Shown here in pieces: positions 30,389 to 40,632 of a DNA stretch of 64,000 nucleotides (the stretch's first letter is position 1; every line of letters starts with the position of its first letter). The translations under genes were made by a program, and so were the position numbers. This DNA comes from Fibrobacterales bacterium (lineage in GTDB: Bacteria; Fibrobacterota; Fibrobacteria; Fibrobacterales; JAOPTW01). The notes below the pieces were generated by a model. That model was not told where the DNA came from. It ran no database searches and saw only the letters and a list, made by a program, of their open reading frames with translations. The DNA lies in the NCBI GenBank assembly GCA_051532035.1, contig JAOPTW010000001.1:21128-85127 (forward strand). The letters run 5' to 3'.

Positions 30389-31870
30389 ATGGCTGAACAA
30401 GGCTTAGAATATATTTATGAGTCAATGAATCTTGATCTTCCGGAACAAGAAGTTGACCTCAATAATTACAAAGAATCAGAAGCTCTTTTTGATCAATCAG
30501 CAAATGAGCGCCTCGGAGCAGCACTTCGTATATTTATCGAAAGTGTTTCTGAATCTGCTACATCAATTGATAAAATTGATAAAGCAATGATCGATGCGCA
30601 AGTTGCATATATTGATGAAAAAATTTCTGCACAACTTGACGAAATTTTTCACAATGAAACATTTCAAAAACTTGAGTCTTCTTGGAGAGGATTAAAGTTT
30701 CTTGTTGATCGCACAAACTTTAAAAAGAATATCAAAATCGAAGTACTCAACGCTTCTAAAGAAGATATGGTAGAAGATTTTGAAGATTCACCAGAAATTA
30801 TTCAATCTGCACTCTACAAACATGTGTACACAGACGAATACGACACCCCAGGTGGAGAACCTCTTGGTGCAATCGTTTCTAACTATGAATTTGGTTCTAC
30901 TCCAATGGATATTAACCTTCTTCAAAACCTTTCAAGCGTCTCTGCTGCAGCTCACTGTCCATTTGTTGGTGCTGTTGGCCAAAAATTCTTTGGTAAAGAT
31001 GATATTAATGAATTACCACAAATTGAAGACCTTGAAAACTATATGGATCGTGCAGAGTATACAAAATGGCGTTCATTCCGTGAATCAGAAGATTCTCGTT
31101 ATGTAGGTCTTGTACTTCCACGTTTCCTCCTTCGTCACCCGTATGATCCTGAAGCGAACCCGGTTCGTGAGTTTAACTATCAGGAAAAAGTTACCGGCGA
31201 TGATCATGAAAAATATCTCTGGGGTAATGCATCATTCTCATTTGCAGCAAATATGACTCGTTCATTTGCTGACAACGGATGGTGTGTTCAAATCAGAGGA
31301 CCACAAGCTGGTGGTAAAGTTGAAGACCTTCCAATACATCTCTATGATGTAGGTAAAGGTAATCAAATGAAAATCCCAACAGAGATTCTTATTCCTGAAA
31401 CAAGAGAATTTGAATTTGCTAATCAAGGATTTATTCCACTCAGTTTTTATAAAAATTCTGATTATGCATGTTTCTTCTCTGCGAATTCTACTCAAAAACC
31501 AGAAGAGTACGATTCACCAGAAGCAACTGCAAATTGCAGAATCAATGCACGTCTTCCATACATATTCTTGACATCACGTCTAGCACACTACCTCAAAGTG
31601 CTTCAACGTGAAAACATTGGTGCAACAAAAAGTGCTACAGTGTTACAACAAGAGTTGAATACTTGGTTATCTGGTCTTGTAACAGAGATGCAGAATCCAA
31701 GTCCGGAACTTGCAGCGACACACCCACTCAGTTATGGAGAGGTAACTGTTGAAGAAAATGAGGATAATCCAGGATTCTTCAAAGTAGGAATGTCGGTTAT
31801 ACCACACTTTCAAGTAGAAGGTATTAATGTAAACCTCTCATTGGTATCTAAAATGCCGCAAGGCAAATAA
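30389..31870 (+). CDS. tssC: T6SS contractile sheath large subunit TssC
   Basis: FQKLESSWRGL, EYDTPGGEP, WCVQIRGPQAGG, PETREFEFA, RLAHYLKV. Confidence 0.97.
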   Translation: MAEQGLEYIYESMNLDLPEQEVDLNNYKESEALFDQSANERLGAALRIFIESVSESATSIDKIDKAMIDAQVAYIDEKISAQLDEIFHNETFQKLESSWRGLKFLVDRTNFKKNIKIEVLNASKEDMVEDFEDSPEIIQSALYKHVYTDEYDTPGGEPLGAIVSNYEFGSTPMDINLLQNLSSVSAAAHCPFVGAVGQKFFGKDDINELPQIEDLENYMDRAEYTKWRSFRESEDSRYVGLVLPRFLLRHPYDPEANPVREFNYQEKVTGDDHEKYLWGNASFSFAANMTRSFADNGWCVQIRGPQAGGKVEDLPIHLYDVGKGNQMKIPTEILIPETREFEFANQGFIPLSFYKNSDYACFFSANSTQKPEEYDSPEATANCRINARLPYIFLTSRLAHYLKVLQRENIGATKSATVLQQELNTWLSGLVTEMQNPSPELAATHPLSYGEVTVEENEDNPGFFKVGMSVIPHFQVEGINVNLSLVSKMPQGK

Positions 31871-31932
31871 AATTAAACTTAAACTTAACCACTAAACACT
31901 AACTAAACAAATAATTAAAAAAGGATATAAAA

Positions 31933-32400
31933 ATGGCAATTCCAGCATATATGACAATCGATGGCATCCCAGGATCAGTAGCAGTAGCAGGTCGTGAAGA
32001 CACTGTAGAAGTGCTCCAGTTTGATCACCAAGTATACATCCCAGTAGACCGTGATAACGGTAGCCTTACTGGTACACGTAAACATGGTGCTCTTGTTATC
32101 CATAAAGCATTCGATAAATCATCTTCAATTCTTTATCAACGTGTTTGTACTGGTGAAACAATTGCAAACATCAAAATCACATGGTATGAAATCACTGATC
32201 AAGGTGAAGAAAAAGCATACTATGAACACATTCTTGAAAACTGTAAAATTTCTTCAGTTCAGTCTTACATGCACAATGTTAAAGACAAAAGCAAAGAGCA
32301 ATTTGTTCATCAAGAAGAAGTAACAATCCGTTATGAAAAAATCACTTGGAACTTCCTTGATGGTAACTTGCAGCACACTGACCAGTGGAATGCACGTTAA
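31933..32400 (+). CDS. hcp: T6SS tube protein Hcp
   Basis: MAIPAYM, GREDTVEV, TGTRKH, YEKITW. Confidence 0.95.
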   Translation: MAIPAYMTIDGIPGSVAVAGREDTVEVLQFDHQVYIPVDRDNGSLTGTRKHGALVIHKAFDKSSSILYQRVCTGETIANIKITWYEITDQGEEKAYYEHILENCKISSVQSYMHNVKDKSKEQFVHQEEVTIRYEKITWNFLDGNLQHTDQWNAR

Positions 32401-32450
32401 TAACGGCTCATGTTTTGAATGACCTCTTTTGAGGTCTTTCATCTACATTG

Positions 32451-32503
32451 AGGCCTGTCGTGTGGGTCAATTATTGGCTATTATACTCGGCAGGCCCTTT
32501 TTT
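32451..32503 (+). terminator. Intra-operon terminator or stabilising hairpin after hcp
   Basis: ggcctgtcg...cggcaggcc stem followed by a T tract, preceded by a small gacctc-tttt-gaggtc hairpin. Confidence 0.6.
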
Positions 32504-32520
32504 AATGTGTACAGAGAACT

Positions 32521-32961
32521 ATGGTTGGATCACGTAAAATAGAAGAGAGTCTCTTCGAAAAAATATCACAGCATTATGCTGATGGAACTCCACTCAGTGC
32601 AGTACCTCAGGAAGCACGACTCGTAAAAAGTATTAGTGACCATGTGACGCGTTTACTGAACACTCGTAAAGGAACTGTTCCTCACATGCCGGATTATGGA
32701 CTCACTGATGTAAGTGAAATATATTCCAATTTACCGGGAAGTATTGAACAACTTCAACGAGAAATGACAACATTAATTAAAAAGTATGAACCAAGACTCG
32801 AAAAAATTAGAGTCGAAGTACTTCCTTTTGACCCATTCAGTTTTAAAATTGATTTTAATATACATGGAGTTATTAAGGGGGGACAACGGGTATTTTTAAC
32901 AACAGCTTTTAGCGCCAATGGACAAGTTTCAGTAGAGTCTAAGAGAAAGAACTATGGCTGA
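32521..32961 (+). CDS. tssE: T6SS baseplate subunit TssE
   Basis: LLNTR.G, PDYGL, YEPRL (gp25-like). Confidence 0.93.
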   Translation: MVGSRKIEESLFEKISQHYADGTPLSAVPQEARLVKSISDHVTRLLNTRKGTVPHMPDYGLTDVSEIYSNLPGSIEQLQREMTTLIKKYEPRLEKIRVEVLPFDPFSFKIDFNIHGVIKGGQRVFLTTAFSANGQVSVESKRKNYG

Positions 32962-34726
32962 TTTTTTACATTATTATCAGGAAGAACTTCGCTATCTCAG
33001 TGACTCAGGAAAAGAGTTTGCTGATCGATATCCCGATGTAGCTCATTACCTGAATATGTCTGCCAATGAAGATCGTGACCCATATGTGGAACGACTTTTT
33101 CAAGGGTTTGCTTTTTTAGGTTCTCGAATACAAGAGAAGCTGCATGATGACTTCCCTGAAATAACCCACAACGTAATGGAGATGGTTGCTCCTGATTATT
33201 TACGTTCATTCCCATCTCTTGCATTGGTGGAGTTTAACTCTCCACGAGGTATGCTTCCTCAGAGTACTTCAATATCAAAAGGGACAGAGATACTTTCAAA
33301 TCCCAAGCCAGGGGTACCAAAGCCATGTAAGTTTCGGACAACACAAGACGTTGAGATACACCCTTTGCAACTCAAACAAACGGCTGTAGAACATTCTGCA
33401 CTCCATGGGTCAGAGATTAAAATTTTATTTGAAATAGAAGAAACCGTCGAACCAGCAGATTTACTTATAGAGTATCTCGATCTACACCTTTCTGGTGACG
33501 CCGAAATAGCTTGGACCCTTCACTATTTTTTAACTCATGCCATTACAGAGGTGATATACAATGGTGAAGGAGAAACGGAAACGTTTACACAGAACTGTAC
33601 TGTAGTTCCTTCTTTGAATGAAGCAACTAAAATATTACCTGAAACGTCATCAATTTTCTCTAATACTCACTTGCTCCGAGAATATTTTTGCGCGATTGAA
33701 AAATTCCGATTTGTACGAGTGAATAATCTTGATTGCATTAAACGATTAAATAGTGCGCGATCATTTACTTTGACTTTTAGGTTTTCAGAACGTCTCCCAG
33801 ACTCGATAGTACGTAAAATAAGTAATGAACATTTTAAACTTTACTGCACTCCGGTGGTTAATGTTTTTGAGCATGATGTAGATCCAATTACGATAAATAA
33901 TAAACACTTCGAATATATCATTTATCCTGATAATAATAATGATAAAGAAGTCTATAGTATTATAGATGTCGCAGGTAGAGGTAAGGCAGCTCATGAGGTT
34001 TCTAGGGCCTATGAAGCATACCATAATTTTAGACAGGTGAGTGCATCTAAAGGAACTGCTGCACAAGGATTTACTTTTGCAATAAAGCAGGAAGAGAAGC
34101 GCGGTGGAGGGAAAAACAGTCTCATTACTATTGAACGTCATGGTGGCATTCGCCATTATAAAGATGAGTTTCTCTCTATTAAAGCGTACTGTACTAATGG
34201 ACTGTTACCGAGAGAAAAACTGATGCAGAAGGATATATGCAATCCAGTACCCGGCTTTCCTGACTATTTAAAATTTTCAAATTTTACAAGACCTACTCCA
34301 GTGATTCCTTCTGTTCAAGAGAAACACTATTATTGGAAAGTACTTAACCAGTTTAATATGAATATTAAAACACTCTGTAACGTTGATACATTTAAAGAGG
34401 TTTTGGATTTATATGCTTGGGGAGTTACAGAAGCACAGAGAAAATGCATTGATACTATTGAGGCTGTAGATTGTAGTCAAGATGCATTTTTTGACAATGG
34501 TCATTTTGTTCGCGGGACTAAAGTTTCGCTCTCATTATTTGATTCACAATGTCAACGCACATCGTATGAAATGTTAGCACAGTATCGTTTACTTGGTGAA
34601 GTACTTAACCTATTTATTAAAAACTTTGTTTCAGCAAGTTACTTTGTCTCGTTGTCTGTTATAGTAAAACCAGCAATGATTACATTTGAGTGGCAACCCG
34701 GGAGGGCTCTATGTCACACAATTTAG
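32954..34726 (+). CDS. tssF: T6SS baseplate subunit TssF
   Basis: YYQEEL.YL, DPYVERL..GFAFL, LLREYF, LYCTPVVN.F, CTNG.LP. Confidence 0.95.
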   Translation: MADFLHYYQEELRYLSDSGKEFADRYPDVAHYLNMSANEDRDPYVERLFQGFAFLGSRIQEKLHDDFPEITHNVMEMVAPDYLRSFPSLALVEFNSPRGMLPQSTSISKGTEILSNPKPGVPKPCKFRTTQDVEIHPLQLKQTAVEHSALHGSEIKILFEIEETVEPADLLIEYLDLHLSGDAEIAWTLHYFLTHAITEVIYNGEGETETFTQNCTVVPSLNEATKILPETSSIFSNTHLLREYFCAIEKFRFVRVNNLDCIKRLNSARSFTLTFRFSERLPDSIVRKISNEHFKLYCTPVVNVFEHDVDPITINNKHFEYIIYPDNNNDKEVYSIIDVAGRGKAAHEVSRAYEAYHNFRQVSASKGTAAQGFTFAIKQEEKRGGGKNSLITIERHGGIRHYKDEFLSIKAYCTNGLLPREKLMQKDICNPVPGFPDYLKFSNFTRPTPVIPSVQEKHYYWKVLNQFNMNIKTLCNVDTFKEVLDLYAWGVTEAQRKCIDTIEAVDCSQDAFFDNGHFVRGTKVSLSLFDSQCQRTSYEMLAQYRLLGEVLNLFIKNFVSASYFVSLSVIVKPAMITFEWQPGRALCHTI

Positions 34727-35706
34727 AAGAACAGCTTATTTCTGAATCATACGACTATAACTTTTTTCAGTCAGTCCATCTTATTGAAAGCTATTTAGTG
34801 AAGCAAGGATCTTCAAATAGTTTTCGTTCTAGTATGAGAAATAGGGAGCTGATACAATTCAAAACTGATAACTCCATTTCTTTTCCTGGTAACGATGTTG
34901 TGAGTGTTGAAAAGGACCCAAAGAGTGGAGGGTATACTCTGTCTCTCTCATTTATGGGGCTCTATGGAGTGTCTTCACCGCTTCCATCATATTTTACTGA
35001 ACCGCTTAATAGAGGTCGTGAAGAATTTGCACCTTTGAGAAAATTTCTTGATATCTTTTCTCATCGTGTTTACTCGCTTTTTTATCAGTCATGGAAAAAA
35101 TACAGGTATCAGATACAGTATAACCCTAAACGTCCTGATGATTATTCAAAGGCGTTGTATACTCTTATCGGCCGTACCGCTCAAACAACTCATGCACCAG
35201 AAAGTCCAGCGTATCGAAAAGAGATGGCTCGACTTTCTCTTTCTAAACAGGTCTTTCAAAGGGTACGTTCTTCGGCAAACCTAAAAAGAACGCTCCAACA
35301 CTATTTTGCATTTCCTAAAGTCGCAGTTAGACAATTTGCACCAAAAGAGATTAATAATCCAGCCCCATGTACCATTGGACATTCGCGAGCGATACTGGGT
35401 GGCTCAGTATTAGGAAGTAAAATAATAGACCGGACAGGGGCCTTTCAGGTTGATATTGGTCCTTTGTCTCATACACAATTCCAACGTTTTCTCCCGGATT
35501 CAACAGGTGAACTTGGAGTACTTCGTGGTGAAGTTAAAAAGCTCGTTGAAGATTTTTTAGATGCACCATTAGAATATGGAATAACAGTCGCTTTGGACCA
35601 TACTGATACAGAATGTATGAAAGAAGAGACAACACTTGGTAGTGGAGCCTTGGGTTGGAACACCTGGCTTGGCTTACCTAATGAAGAAATTACACTTAAC
35701 CTTTAG
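34711..35706 (+). CDS. tssG: T6SS baseplate subunit TssG
   Basis: Start reassigned to ATG 34711 (GGAGGG RBS). FFQ.V, FMGLYG..SPLP, FLDIF.HR, LGWNTWLG. Confidence 0.93.
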   Translation: MSHNLEEQLISESYDYNFFQSVHLIESYLVKQGSSNSFRSSMRNRELIQFKTDNSISFPGNDVVSVEKDPKSGGYTLSLSFMGLYGVSSPLPSYFTEPLNRGREEFAPLRKFLDIFSHRVYSLFYQSWKKYRYQIQYNPKRPDDYSKALYTLIGRTAQTTHAPESPAYRKEMARLSLSKQVFQRVRSSANLKRTLQHYFAFPKVAVRQFAPKEINNPAPCTIGHSRAILGGSVLGSKIIDRTGAFQVDIGPLSHTQFQRFLPDSTGELGVLRGEVKKLVEDFLDAPLEYGITVALDHTDTECMKEETTLGSGALGWNTWLGLPNEEITLNL

Positions 35707-35714
35707 AGGAACCT

Positions 35715-38462
35715 ATGATCTCAGCAAGTATTAAAAATATTCTTGAAAAACTAAATACACTTTCTAAAAAGAATTTGGAAGGAGCGCTTGGGGCTTGTGT
35801 GACCCGAGGGCACTACGAAATAACAACAATGCACTTTATTTCACAGTGCCTAGAAGATAGTTCTGGTGATCTTATGGAGATTCTTAATTTCTTTAAAGTT
35901 GACCCAAATCTCTTTAGAAAAGCACTGAATGAAGAACTTAAAGAGTATCAGTCTGGTAATTCTGGGAAACCTGTTTTTTCTCCCTCTTTCTTAAGTACCT
36001 TAGAGCTGGCTTGGAGTGAAGCGACACTTAATTTGAATTGCCTTGAAATTAGAACTGGTTCAGTAGTGGTGGCACTTAGAAAAAATATGAATCTTGTACC
36101 AGAAGGGTTACAAGATTACTTTAAATTGATTCAAGCTGAGACGCTGGTAAATCAATTTGGCGAAATTGTTGCTGCTTCTCGCGAAGGACAAGCGACTAAG
36201 CATTCGACAGGTAAAGATGATGACATTTCAGACGACTCTTTCTTAGGGACTTATACAGAAGATTTCGTTGCTTTTGCAAAAACTGGAAAAATTGATCCTA
36301 TTTTTGGTAGAGATGATGAGATTCGTCAGACTATAGATATCCTTTCTCGTAGACGTAAAAATAATCCAATCTTTATTGGTGAGGCAGGCGTTGGTAAAAC
36401 TGCAGTTGTTGAAGGGCTTGCTCTTAAAATTGCAGAGGGAGATGTTCCTGATGCCCTTAAAGATGTTGAATTGAGAAGCCTTGATATGGGAACTCTTTCG
36501 GCAGGTGCTGGTGTTCGCGGTGAATTTGAAAACCGTTTGAAAGGTATTATTAATGAAATAAAAGAGTCGGATAAACATATCATTCTCTTTATTGATGAAG
36601 CGCATACTATGATAGGTGCGGGTGGTGAAGCAGGAAAGAATGACGCTGCGAATCTTTTAAAACCTGAACTTGCACGTGGTGATATTAAGTGTATAGCTGC
36701 AACGACTTTTACTGAGTTTAGAAAATATTTTGAAAAAGATCCTGCTATTGCACGTCGATTTCAAGCGGTTACTATTGCAGAACCCGATCCAGAATCTGCG
36801 GCTATTATGCTGAGAGGGCTTCGAGAAAAATATGAAGATTTTCACGGTGTAAAAATTTCTTACGAAGCAGTGAAAGCGGCATGTGTATTTTCAAATAAAT
36901 TTATTGCGGGTCGTCAACTACCCGATAAAGCAGTTGACCTTTTAGATACTGCTACAGCACGGGTAAAAATGGGTCTTAAGACTAAGCCTGCAGCATTGCA
37001 AAACCTAGAACAGAGTATTTCGAATCTTCAAATTGAGATTAAAACTCTTGAGAAAGATTTAAATGCAGGTATTCTTCTTGATGAAACACAACTAAGCGAT
37101 GCAAAAGATCGCTATGAAAATGCTCAAACAGTTGCTGCGACACTCACAAATGAGTGGAGTAAAGAACTTGAACAAGTAAATGCAATTATTGCATTTGAAG
37201 AGAAGGTACAAGCCGCTTCAGATGCCGATAAGCCAGCTTTGCGAGCAGAGCTGAAAGAGTTGTGGAAGTCTCTTGAAGAGATTCAACATGAAAAACCACT
37301 GGTACACGCTCACGTTACTCCTGCAGTAATTGCCCAAATTATCGAAGAGTGGACTGGAATCCCTGCCGGAAATATGATGAAATCAGAAGCGGCGACACTC
37401 CTAGAACTAGGTGAGACTATTAATAATAGAGTTATTGGTCAGCCTTGGGGCGTTGCTGAGATCTCAAATACTATTCGTTCAGGAAAAATGGGCCTTACTA
37501 AAGCTGAAGCTCCTATAGGTGTTTTTCTTGTAACTGGGCCATCTGGCGTTGGTAAAACCGAAGTAGCACGTACAATCGCCGATCTTATGTTTGGTGGAGA
37601 ACGCTCAGTGGTAACAATCAATATGTCTGAGTATCAAGACAGTATGTCGGTCACACAATTGAAAGGTGCAAGTGCAGGGTATGTTGGCTATGGTGATGGC
37701 GGAATACTCACTGAGGGTGTTCGTAAAAACCCATACACTGTTGTGATTCTTGATGAGGTAGAAAAAGCTCATAAAGATGTACTGAATATGTTTTACCAAG
37801 TATTTGATCAAGGTATACTTAGAGATGGTGAAGGCCGTGATATTAACTTCCGTAATACGGTTATATTGATGACGAGTAATTTAGGTACTGATACTATCTG
37901 TAACATGGCTGTTGATGAAGAGAACGACTATGAATATGGTGAATACTCAGAAGCAATTGTAGATGAACTTACAGCACACTTTGCACCAGCACTATTAGCA
38001 CGCTGTAAGGTTGTTCCATTTCTTCCATTGGGATACGATTCACTCCAAAAAATTATTGCGATTAAACTCAATAAAGTAGCAAATACACTTATGGATACTC
38101 ATGGGATTACCTTTGCAGTATCACCTAAAATTATTGATAAAGTGGTCAATCAGTGTACGCTTATGCAGTCGGGTGCACGTAATATTGATACTATTCTCGA
38201 TCAACAAATTTTGCCAGAGATTTCTAGAAATCTTTTGATTAATGTTGCTGATGAGAAGGTGGTAACTCATCTCTTTATCTCTGTTGATGATGAGGGTCAG
38301 TATCAGTTTTACTTTTCGGAAGGTGATTTTGATGCCCCTGAGCTCAATGAAACCGCCGAGGATATAAGTGAAGTAGCAGAGAGTGAAGATGAATTGACTT
38401 CGGAAGACCATTCCGAAGCAGAACCCGATGCAGTCTCTGAAGAGACTACTGATGCACAGTAG
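35715..38462 (+). CDS. tssH: T6SS ATPase TssH/ClpV
   Basis: Two AAA+ modules (GEAGVGKT, GPSGVGKTE), RRRKNNPI, located in the T6SS operon. Confidence 0.95.
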   Translation: MISASIKNILEKLNTLSKKNLEGALGACVTRGHYEITTMHFISQCLEDSSGDLMEILNFFKVDPNLFRKALNEELKEYQSGNSGKPVFSPSFLSTLELAWSEATLNLNCLEIRTGSVVVALRKNMNLVPEGLQDYFKLIQAETLVNQFGEIVAASREGQATKHSTGKDDDISDDSFLGTYTEDFVAFAKTGKIDPIFGRDDEIRQTIDILSRRRKNNPIFIGEAGVGKTAVVEGLALKIAEGDVPDALKDVELRSLDMGTLSAGAGVRGEFENRLKGIINEIKESDKHIILFIDEAHTMIGAGGEAGKNDAANLLKPELARGDIKCIAATTFTEFRKYFEKDPAIARRFQAVTIAEPDPESAAIMLRGLREKYEDFHGVKISYEAVKAACVFSNKFIAGRQLPDKAVDLLDTATARVKMGLKTKPAALQNLEQSISNLQIEIKTLEKDLNAGILLDETQLSDAKDRYENAQTVAATLTNEWSKELEQVNAIIAFEEKVQAASDADKPALRAELKELWKSLEEIQHEKPLVHAHVTPAVIAQIIEEWTGIPAGNMMKSEAATLLELGETINNRVIGQPWGVAEISNTIRSGKMGLTKAEAPIGVFLVTGPSGVGKTEVARTIADLMFGGERSVVTINMSEYQDSMSVTQLKGASAGYVGYGDGGILTEGVRKNPYTVVILDEVEKAHKDVLNMFYQVFDQGILRDGEGRDINFRNTVILMTSNLGTDTICNMAVDEENDYEYGEYSEAIVDELTAHFAPALLARCKVVPFLPLGYDSLQKIIAIKLNKVANTLMDTHGITFAVSPKIIDKVVNQCTLMQSGARNIDTILDQQILPEISRNLLINVADEKVVTHLFISVDDEGQYQFYFSEGDFDAPELNETAEDISEVAESEDELTSEDHSEAEPDAVSEETTDAQ

Positions 38463-38470
38463 GAGGAACT

Positions 38471-40624
38471 ATGAGTTCTGCGGATACTACACTTTATAAA
38501 TTAACTGTTTCGGGACTTCCTGAAGATCAGTTTACAGTACTTTCATTCTCTGGAATTGAAGAGGTTGCTGTTGGGTATAGTTACAAAATTATTGCTATTA
38601 GTAATGAAACTGACCTGAGTTATGATGAGCTTATAGGAATTCAGACGGAATTTGAAATAAAAATTTCTGATGAAGCAATTATGCATCATGGAATAGTAAC
38701 TGAAATTGATGAAGAACCGTTTATTGATAATAGAGCTCAATATACTTTGACCATTGAACCCAAACACTCTCTTCTTAAGTATACAACTCAAAGTAGAATA
38801 TTTCAGGATATGAGTGTTCAAGAAATTATTCAAGAAGTACTTGAAGGTGCTGGTCTTACATCAAACGATTTCTCATTTGAATTAAATGGGAGTTATGATC
38901 CATTAGAGTTTACGGCTCAATACAATGAATCGGACTTTAATTTTATACAGCGCTTGATGGAGTATAATGGTATTTATTACTTTTTTGACCATGAAGGTGA
39001 TTCAGAAATACTAAAAATTTGTGATGACAATGCTGCGTTTGGTGAGATGCAACTCGAATCACAACTGCGCTATCAGCCCAATGCAGATATGGTTGTGCCA
39101 GAGCTTAATACTGTACGCTCTATTAATCGACAGCGTAAAATGGTAACAGGCAAAGTCACCATGAAAGATTATAATTATAGTCAGCCTGAAACGAATATTT
39201 TTGGTACTGCTGAAGCAGATGTTGGTGTCGGTGAATTTTATCAGTTTGCTGATACTATGGGTACTACTGACCAAGCAAATTCTCTTGCCACTTTGCGTAA
39301 AGAGATGCTTGTCTGCCGCAAAGATGTAATTCGAATTCGTTCAAGTTGTCATCAAGTTAAATCGGGATACCAATGTACTATTGATGATGATGGTGTCTAT
39401 GGGTTTGACTCTGATTATCTAGTTCTTCGTGTTGAACATCGCGGTTCACAAGAGGCCTCAGTCTTAGGTGAAGGAGCTGCTACAGCTTATATGAACGTAT
39501 TTCACTGCATCGATGCATCGGTTACTTTTCGACCAATGTTTACTGTTAAAAAGCCTAAAATTGAAGGGCTTATGACCGTAAAAGTTGATGGCCCAGAGGA
39601 TGACTATGCGTATTTAGATGACACTGGGCGATATAAAGTAAAAATGCCGTATGATCTCTCTGATGCTTCAGACGGGACAGCAAGTCTACCGGTCCGTTTA
39701 TCCCAACCCTACTCGGGGAGCAACTACGGTATGCACTTTCCCGTACACATGGGGTGTGATCTTGTTATCGGATTTGAGAATGGAGATATTGATAAACCTA
39801 TTGCGGTAGGTACAGCGCCCAACCCATCACAAACATCTCCAGTAAGTAGTGCTAATAAAAGTGAAAGTATTATTAAGACTGCTTCTGGGCATCAGTTCCG
39901 TATGGATGACCTTGAAGATAAGACAAAAATTGATTTGATGACTACGGGTGGTCATACCCTTGAGTTTAATGATGATGTCGATGTACAACAGATTAAAATT
40001 ACCTCAACGGGTGAACATCAAGTCTTGATTGATGATACCAATGAAAAAATTGTCATTAATACCAAAGAAAATAAGTCGACCATTACCATGGATAATACTA
40101 ATGAGTTTACATCTATCGAGACTGCTACAGGGCATCTTATTAAGATGGATGATGCAAATGAATTTATTGGGATTCAGAGTGGTGCAGGACATGCCATTCA
40201 GATTCATGATGGCGATGGCTTAATTACATTACAAGATGCTGATGGCTCTCACGTGATTCAAATTGATGCTTCTGGTACCATTAGTGTTACCACGAGTGGT
40301 GATATTGAAATGAAAGCAGATGGCGCAATTAATATGGATGGTGATGAAGTTAATATTACAGGCCATTCAGCAGTCAATATCGCCTCTGATATGGGAGATG
40401 TTTCTATTGAAGGGATGAATTTCAATGCAAAAAGTTCTGCAGGGGATGTTGCTATCGAAGCAGCAATGAATGCAAATCTCAAAGGCGGTATGAATCTTGC
40501 ATTAGAAGGTGGATTAAATCTTGAGGCCAAAGCGGGTCTTGAAGGTAAATTTACTGGGACAATGGTAACCACTGAGGGCTCAGCAATGATGACCGTTAAA
40601 GGTGGTTTGGTTATGATAAACTAG
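38471..40624 (+). CDS. vgrG: T6SS spike protein VgrG/TssI
   Basis: SRIFQ, QYNESDFNFI.RLME..GI.YFF, DYNY, GMHFP, F.NGD.D.P, beta-helix C-terminus ending KGGLVMIN. Confidence 0.95.
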   Translation: MSSADTTLYKLTVSGLPEDQFTVLSFSGIEEVAVGYSYKIIAISNETDLSYDELIGIQTEFEIKISDEAIMHHGIVTEIDEEPFIDNRAQYTLTIEPKHSLLKYTTQSRIFQDMSVQEIIQEVLEGAGLTSNDFSFELNGSYDPLEFTAQYNESDFNFIQRLMEYNGIYYFFDHEGDSEILKICDDNAAFGEMQLESQLRYQPNADMVVPELNTVRSINRQRKMVTGKVTMKDYNYSQPETNIFGTAEADVGVGEFYQFADTMGTTDQANSLATLRKEMLVCRKDVIRIRSSCHQVKSGYQCTIDDDGVYGFDSDYLVLRVEHRGSQEASVLGEGAATAYMNVFHCIDASVTFRPMFTVKKPKIEGLMTVKVDGPEDDYAYLDDTGRYKVKMPYDLSDASDGTASLPVRLSQPYSGSNYGMHFPVHMGCDLVIGFENGDIDKPIAVGTAPNPSQTSPVSSANKSESIIKTASGHQFRMDDLEDKTKIDLMTTGGHTLEFNDDVDVQQIKITSTGEHQVLIDDTNEKIVINTKENKSTITMDNTNEFTSIETATGHLIKMDDANEFIGIQSGAGHAIQIHDGDGLITLQDADGSHVIQIDASGTISVTTSGDIEMKADGAINMDGDEVNITGHSAVNIASDMGDVSIEGMNFNAKSSAGDVAIEAAMNANLKGGMNLALEGGLNLEAKAGLEGKFTGTMVTTEGSAMMTVKGGLVMIN

Positions 40625-40632
40625 GGGTTCGT

